Shown: positions 26,914 to 32,000 of the stretch, piece by piece | Layout: each line of letters starts with the position of its first letter | Position numbering within the stretch: position 1 is the first letter of the stretch | NCBI RefSeq assembly: GCF_000011125.1 | Contig: NC_000854.2 | Span: 1,110,001 to 1,142,000 of the forward strand | From: Aeropyrum pernix K1 | Lineage (GTDB): Archaea > Thermoproteota > Thermoprotei_A > Sulfolobales > Acidilobaceae | Length of the DNA: 32,000 bases | Reading direction: 5' to 3' | Program-made: the position numbers and the translations under genes | The notes under the pieces: model-generated | The model's database searches: none | Told to the model about the DNA's origin: nothing | Seen by the model: only the letters and a program-made list of their open reading frames with translations

Positions 26914-29385
26914 TTAAGATTTCTTAGCTATGTAATATACGCTGGACCCTGGAATCGCCTCCTCCGAGCCCTCCGGGGGTGCACCGGTGTATGTCCTTAT
27001 AGCTGCTTTGTGGAGAGCCTCGAGATCCCTCCTAGCAGACTCTATACCGCTAGGAACTAGGACCTCCACTGTGTCAAGCGGCTCGTACAGCTTCTTCCCC
27101 ATAGACCTCTTCAGGTTCCATACAGCCTTGTTGACGCTGACTATCAGCCTGGCTTTCCCGGCGAGCTCCCTTCTCTCCTCTGGTGTGAACAGGGGGTCTG
27201 GCCACCTCTGCCTGTGGACTGAGCTGCCATAGAGTCTCCTGTGGATCGCATCCGTAACGAAGGGCATTATGGGTGAGAGGGCTACCAGTATCCTCCTGAG
27301 GAGTTCGTGCAGCGTCGCCCACGCCGCCTCCTGTTCCTCCCTTGTGAATAGTCCCGACCTGTTGTAGGACCTCTCCTTCACTAGCTCTACGTAGTGCGAG
27401 GCGAAGATGTCCCAAGCAAGCTCGTAGATCAGGTTTGCAGGCTCGTACACATCCAGCTCCCCGTAAGCCTTGTCAGCGGCCTCCAGATACTCGTCGGCAA
27501 GAGCTAGGAAAGCCTTGTCAACCTCTGTGGCTTTCTCCAGCGGGCTCCCCTCCGGCCGTGGGAAGCTTGAGACGAACCTCGCCAGGTTCCAAAGCTTCGT
27601 GGCGAAGTTCCTCCCGGTCTTCACCTTGTTCTCGTCGAACCTGTAGTCGTAGCCTAGCTTTGCAGCTATGGCCGCCCAGAACCTGAAGGCGTCTCCCCCA
27701 TACTTAGCTATAATCGGCTCGGGGTCTATCACGTTGCCCAGGCTCTTATGCATAGGCCTGCCCTTCGGGTCGAGGCCGAGCCCCGTTATCCTGACCCACC
27801 TGAAGGCCGGCTTCCCGGTTAGCTGGAGCACCCTTAGGATGCTGTAGTACAGCCACGTCCTGATTATGTCCTGGCCCTGAGGCCTTAGGACGTTGCGCGA
27901 CGCCCTCTCGTAGAACCTCTTATCCCACATCCAGCGGGTCACGTAGAGGGGGCTTATGCTGCTGTCAAACCATGTGTCGAAAACCCTCGTCTCGCCTTTG
28001 AGGTAGCGGCGGGGGGCGCCGCACCTGGGGCAGGAGTCCCAGGGAGGCTCCTCGGCCCACGGCCTGTAGTATCTTCCAGGCTCTGGAACAAGCTTAGCCC
28101 CACACTTCTCGCAGGTCCAGAGGGGTATCTCTGTGCCGTAGAACCTCTCCCTCGATATTGGCCAGTCCATCTTGATGCTGTCTATCCAGTCGTAGAGCTT
28201 CTTGCGGTGCATCTCGGGCTTGAAATCCATCTTAGCCGCAGCCTGCTTCACAGCATCCTTAAAGTCGAGTTGCCTTAGGAACAGCTCCCTCCTATGTATT
28301 ATCTGGAGAGGGGTCTTACACCTCCAGCAGACGGGGACGCTGTGGACGATCCTCTCCTTCTTAACCAGAAGACCCTCCCTCTCCAGTATCTCTGCAATCC
28401 TCCTCCTAGCCTCCTTAACGGGGAGCCCGGCTATGGGGCCGGCATTCTCGTTCATGACGCCGTTCTCGTCTATCAGAACCTTGGGCTTGAGGTCTAGCTC
28501 GAGGAATAGCCTGACATCCTCCTCGTCACCATAGCTGCATATCATCATAAGTCCAGTGCCGAAATCCTTCTTAACGGCAGGGTGCTCAACTATCTTGACC
28601 CTATGCCCGTATAGCGGGGCTATAGCAGTTTTCCCTGCAAGCCCCTTATACCTCTCGTCCTCCGGGTGGTATGCCAGGGCGGCGCAGCCTGCGAGGAGCT
28701 CGGGCCTGGTAGTCGCCACCACCAAGTCCCTACCGTCCTCCTCCAGCCTGTACTTGACGTAGTATATGAAGTCCTCATCCTCCTTGTGCTCTATCTCCGC
28801 CTCGGCCAGGGTCGTCTTACACCTCGGGCACCACCTCACAGGCCTCTCAGCCTCGTATATCAGGCCGCGCCTCCAGAGGTCTATGAAGGTTGCCTGGGTC
28901 ATCGACCTATATCTGGGGCTGTCCGTGCCTTCTCTCCAGTAGTCGAAGCCGCAGCCAAGCCTCCTCCACAGCTGCACTATCTCGCTCTCAACCTTGTCGA
29001 GGAACTCGCTACATAAGGCCAGAAACCTCTCCCTCCCCTCCGTTGTACGGGCCATCTCGTGAGCTACAACCCCGTAGGTCTTCTCCACCTGGACCTCCAC
29101 TGGGAGCCCGTTGCGGTCGGCGTAAAACGGTGCTACGACATTGTATCCTTTCAGCCTGAAATACCTGGCTATCATGTCAATCTGGGTATAATGGGCGGCG
29201 CCGCCAACGTGCCACTTGCCGCTCGGGTATGGGGGCGGCGTGTCTATGACAACAATTTCGCGCGGATCGTCGGGGTCCAGGGTGGACTTGTGCAGGTCCT
29301 CAGCATCCCAGAGGGATAGTAGCTTCTCCTCCTCGCCTATGTCCCACCTCTTCTCCTGGATAGCAGGTTTAAACTCCTCGCCCAA
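26914..29385 (-). CDS. valS: Valyl-tRNA synthetase
   Basis: TPPPYPSGKWHVGG (HIGH-like), PVRWCPRCKTTLAEAE, GLGLDPKGRPMHKSLGNVI (KMSKS equivalent) and DIIRTWLYYS. The ORF is open to 29583. The TTG at 29385 (LGEEFKPAIQEKRWDIG) is a plausible start downstream of CTAAAAATTAT. Confidence 0.93.
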   Translation of the reverse strand: MGEEFKPAIQEKRWDIGEEEKLLSLWDAEDLHKSTLDPDDPREIVVIDTPPPYPSGKWHVGGAAHYTQIDMIARYFRLKGYNVVAPFYADRNGLPVEVQVEKTYGVVAHEMARTTEGRERFLALCSEFLDKVESEIVQLWRRLGCGFDYWREGTDSPRYRSMTQATFIDLWRRGLIYEAERPVRWCPRCKTTLAEAEIEHKEDEDFIYYVKYRLEEDGRDLVVATTRPELLAGCAALAYHPEDERYKGLAGKTAIAPLYGHRVKIVEHPAVKKDFGTGLMMICSYGDEEDVRLFLELDLKPKVLIDENGVMNENAGPIAGLPVKEARRRIAEILEREGLLVKKERIVHSVPVCWRCKTPLQIIHRRELFLRQLDFKDAVKQAAAKMDFKPEMHRKKLYDWIDSIKMDWPISRERFYGTEIPLWTCEKCGAKLVPEPGRYYRPWAEEPPWDSCPRCGAPRRYLKGETRVFDTWFDSSISPLYVTRWMWDKRFYERASRNVLRPQGQDIIRTWLYYSILRVLQLTGKPAFRWVRITGLGLDPKGRPMHKSLGNVIDPEPIIAKYGGDAFRFWAAIAAKLGYDYRFDENKVKTGRNFATKLWNLARFVSSFPRPEGSPLEKATEVDKAFLALADEYLEAADKAYGELDVYEPANLIYELAWDIFASHYVELVKERSYNRSGLFTREEQEAAWATLHELLRRILVALSPIMPFVTDAIHRRLYGSSVHRQRWPDPLFTPEERRELAGKARLIVSVNKAVWNLKRSMGKKLYEPLDTVEVLVPSGIESARRDLEALHKAAIRTYTGAPPEGSEEAIPGSSVYYIAKKS

Positions 29386-29470
29386 ACATGCCACCCAGCA
29401 TAATGCGGGGTAGACCCCGATACTCATAATTTTTAGCAGTAGAAGCCGATAGGGAGAGGGGGCGCGCTGG

Positions 29471-30001
29471 ATGGAGGACGAGCCTGTTGAGACGGGGTTT
29501 GACAGCGGGCCATCCCAGGAGGAGAGTGTCGAGTGCGGGTGGGTTGAGGCTGCTAAGCGGGCATACGGTCTCGAGGTCCTCATAGCTTCAGCATGGACGA
29601 TGTTTATATCTCTAGTGGCGGGCGCCCTCGGGGGGCCGGAGGCAGCATCCCTCGTAGTATCGCTATCCCTAGTGACATACCTGGCGCTATCGCTCTTCGA
29701 AACCCGCCTACGTCTAGCATCTCTCGCCGCAGCCGTGGGAGCGCATGTAGGCGCAGTAGCCTCTTACTACTCAAACCCCCTGCCCCTACCGTTTATCGTG
29801 GTTGAGCGTGGATCCCAAGGGGCTATAATCAACATTGATATAGTCCAGATAGTGGTGCTGACGGAGATAGCTAACCTCATGGTATCAGCCCCAGCCTGCA
29901 GGTGGGAGAAAGACTCAAAAACCCCAGTGGAGATTAATAGTGAGAACGGGCCGCAGGCCGGAGCACCTGAGCCTACAAGCGCGGGAGCCGCGGTAGTATA
30001 G
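29471..30001 (+). CDS. hypothetical membrane protein
   Basis: Several hydrophobic helices (VLIASAWTMFISLVAGAL, AASLVVSLSLVTYLALSL, LAAAVGAHVGAVASYY). The stop codon lies inside the tRNA-Glu gene. Confidence 0.6.
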   Translation: MEDEPVETGFDSGPSQEESVECGWVEAAKRAYGLEVLIASAWTMFISLVAGALGGPEAASLVVSLSLVTYLALSLFETRLRLASLAAAVGAHVGAVASYYSNPLPLPFIVVERGSQGAIINIDIVQIVVLTEIANLMVSAPACRWEKDSKTPVEINSENGPQAGAPEPTSAGAAVV

Positions 30002-30064
30002 CCCGGCCCAGTATGCGGGCCTCTCGAGCCCGTGACCCGGGTTCAAATCCCGGCCGCGGCACCA
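29987..30064 (+). tRNA. tRNA-Glu (anticodon CTC), intronless, CCA encoded
   Basis: GCCGCGG...CCGCGGC acceptor stem, D stem GTAT/ATGC, anticodon stem CGGGC/GCCCG with loop CTCTCGA, T arm CCGGG-TTCAAAT-CCCGG, 3' ACCA. Confidence 0.95.
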
Positions 30065-30163
30065 TACTATTAATCTATTAACTAAACGTTTACAGCGGGG
30101 CCTACTCCTTAGCCGGGTAGAGTTTGACTGTAGAGGCTATGAAGAGATTATCTCAAAACCGTC

Positions 30164-30655
30164 TCAGGGTACAGCTCCAGCAGGCTTTATAGATATCCCG
30201 TAGAAGTGTGTGATGAAGTAGTAAATCATTATTGCTGAGCCCAGAGTTGCCATGGCTCTGTTGACGGTCCTGTTACTGGATTTGAAGAGCTTAAGCGCGA
30301 CTTTCCTCCTGGATATGGGCCAAAATGGCTGGAACTCCATGTATGTCAGGAGGTCCCCAAGTATGTGGATCCAGACTGCTGTAAAGCCCGCTACGAAGCC
30401 CTCGATGAATCCCAATCCTTTGAAACCGCCCATCTCCAGGACTGCCCCGAGCAGGAGGCCCGCTACTATCGAGGCGGCGAGGTTGTGTGTATACTTCCTG
30501 TGGGCTATCTCTAGAGCCAGGTCCACGTCGGGGAGTGTTGAGAGGCCTACTATGAGGAATCCTATTATCAAGGATTCAGTGGATTTTATGTCTAAAACAG
30601 AATATGCTCCGAAGACTATGGCCATAGCCATTCCAAAATGCCCGTCCCTATTCAT
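30164..30655 (-). CDS. Membrane-bound metal-dependent hydrolase family protein (YdjM/DUF457-like)
   Basis: GHFGMAMAIVFGAY, STLPDVDLALEIAHRKYTHN and AVWIHILGDLLTYMEFQPFWPIS, the His/Asp pattern of the family, with transmembrane segments. Upstream TATA-like GGTTTAAAA at about 30700. Confidence 0.82.
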   Translation of the reverse strand: MNRDGHFGMAMAIVFGAYSVLDIKSTESLIIGFLIVGLSTLPDVDLALEIAHRKYTHNLAASIVAGLLLGAVLEMGGFKGLGFIEGFVAGFTAVWIHILGDLLTYMEFQPFWPISRRKVALKLFKSSNRTVNRAMATLGSAIMIYYFITHFYGISIKPAGAVP

Positions 30656-30836
30656 AATCCTATTGAACCCTTAGTACATATAGCCAAGTTAATTATGTTT
30701 TAAACCTTACCGTACAATATACGCTGCTTGCCGTGAAGCAGCGGCCAGGCTATGGAAGCCTCCAGCATTAATTCCTCCCGCAGTCCCGGGATATGCGTGG
30801 GTCTAAGCTGTGGCAAGGCGGATATCAATAGAGAGT

Positions 30837-32000
30837 GTGCTCCGCAGGATAGACGGTAGGGGGTATAAGGCGTATAAGGATTTAACCGGCGCCTCCGAGG
30901 ACCTCGGCAGGCTGGAGATCAGGGTTACCAGGGTTCAGGGCGATCCCTTCGCGCCCCCCAGCGTGGTCGAGGTTTATGTAAGGGGTGTCAGCCCCCCGGC
31001 TGGAGCCCATCCCGTGCCCTACGCGGACTATGTTCACAGGCTCCTGAGCAGAGTCCTGCCACGTTACTCGATGAGGGGCGTGGGAGAGGGGGGTAGCGGC
31101 AAGCTCTCAGTACCAACACCCTCCCCCATAATCATACCCAGGAGTGCTGTGGAGGCCCAGCCCCGGGGAGACGGTGTGTGGAGCCTCCTCTTAAGGGTGT
31201 GGGTTGGCCTACCTTCTAGGGGTAGAAGGGTTCTTGGGAGGGCTGCGAGGGAGCTCCTGCTTGAGAGGCTGCCCAAGGCTGTGCTAACAGTTCTCGAGGG
31301 GCTCAAGGGCGGTGGAGTGGAGCAACATATCACGGTGTGGAAAGACCAGGAGCACATTAGGTCTAGGCTGGAGGATATGGGTCTCTACGCGTTCGTGGGC
31401 GACGGCTCTATACTTCCTAGGAAGTGCGGTGGCTGTTGGGAGCCGCTGGAGGATGCTGTTCCCTTCGAGAGCCCGCCTAGCATGAGGGTCGAGATAGAGC
31501 TGCCGAGCGGGAAGGTCGTCAGCGGCATGGGGCTGCCGAGGGGCGTCACAACGATAACAGGCCCCGCGTTCCACGGTAAGACGACGCTGGCGGAGGCTAT
31601 AGCCCAGGGTGTTTGGAACCACATACCCGGCGACGGCAGGGAGCTTGTTGTGAGCGACCACATGCTAGCGTATGTGGAGAGCGAGAACGGGAGGTGGGTT
31701 TCCTGCGTCGACGCATCACCCTTCATAGAGGCCCTGCCGGGGGGAGCTGACACCCGGTGCTTCACAACTCCAGACGCCAGCGGTGCAACGAGTATAGCGG
31801 CTTCTATCCAGGAGTACGTGGAGGCCGGCGCCTCGGGGGTGCTGTTCGACGAGGACCAGACTGCGACAAACATAATACACAGGGACGTGTGGGCCGAGGA
31901 GATCACAGGAAAGAGGACTGTAAACCCTCTCAGCGACATGGCCCCCAGCATGAAGAAGGCAGGCTTGTCTATGATAGCGGTGGCGAGCGGCGCCATGCCC
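30837..32000 (+). CDS. Predicted ATPase of the ABC class (COG3044-like), 5' part; continues beyond the window
   Basis: Manual translation from GTG 30837 gives VLRRIDGRGYKAYKDLTGASEDLGRLEIRVTRVQGDPFAPPSVVEVYVRG...TTITGPAFHGKTTLAEAIAQG (Walker A)...VLLFDEDQTATNIIHRD (Walker B-like), open to the window edge. Absent from the ORF track. Confidence 0.88.
   Translation, partial: MLRRIDGRGYKAYKDLTGASEDLGRLEIRVTRVQGDPFAPPSVVEVYVRGVSPPAGAHPVPYADYVHRLLSRVLPRYSMRGVGEGGSGKLSVPTPSPIIIPRSAVEAQPRGDGVWSLLLRVWVGLPSRGRRVLGRAARELLLERLPKAVLTVLEGLKGGGVEQHITVWKDQEHIRSRLEDMGLYAFVGDGSILPRKCGGCWEPLEDAVPFESPPSMRVEIELPSGKVVSGMGLPRGVTTITGPAFHGKTTLAEAIAQGVWNHIPGDGRELVVSDHMLAYVESENGRWVSCVDASPFIEALPGGADTRCFTTPDASGATSIAASIQEYVEAGASGVLFDEDQTATNIIHRDVWAEEITGKRTVNPLSDMAPSMKKAGLSMIAVASGAMP

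Noticed and set aside
27074-29319. Plus- and minus-strand ORFs within valS
   Set aside because: All lie inside the confidently identified valyl-tRNA synthetase coding region and are compositionally shadow-like.
31064-31996. Minus-strand ORFs 31064-31357, 31284-31661 and 31385-31996
   Set aside because: They overlap the real plus-strand ATPase frame starting at 30837, which carries recognisable motifs.
1-32000. CRISPR arrays, cas genes and rRNA genes
   Set aside because: No regularly spaced repeats of 24-37 nt, no Cas motifs and no rRNA-like sequence were seen by eye.

Overview
This is a gene-dense, GC-rich archaeal chromosomal window, most likely from a crenarchaeon of the Aeropyrum type (inferred from gene content; no database was searched). 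Most of it is housekeeping. It contains the RtcB C-terminus, a CYTH protein, and an isoprenoid/ether-lipid cluster (polyprenyl diphosphate synthase, type 2 IPP isomerase, isopentenyl phosphate kinase, a divergent GHMP-kinase-like protein, a MEMO family protein). It also contains MATE, M32 carboxypeptidase, ASCH, Sir2, a GAPN-type aldehyde dehydrogenase, a COG2112-like kinase, CCA-adding enzyme, ThpR, type IA topoisomerase, signal peptidase, a B3/4 protein, IMPase, a RAM-domain protein, pelota, valS, tRNA-Glu(CTC) and the start of an ABC-class predicted ATPase that the ORF track misses. The most unusual locus is 25577-26880. There a TnpB-like RuvC protein without a zinc ribbon sits between valS and pelA, with no TnpA. 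Immediately upstream is a strongly structured GC-rich element that resembles the 3' end of an IS200/IS605 omegaRNA/right end. Other items worth a second look are a TtuA/Ncs6-like protein with no recognisable PP-loop, a GHMP-like protein lacking the canonical glycine/serine loop inside the mevalonate-pathway cluster, an AT-rich island spanning the 3' half of an HTH gene, and a CDS whose stop codon lies inside a tRNA gene.
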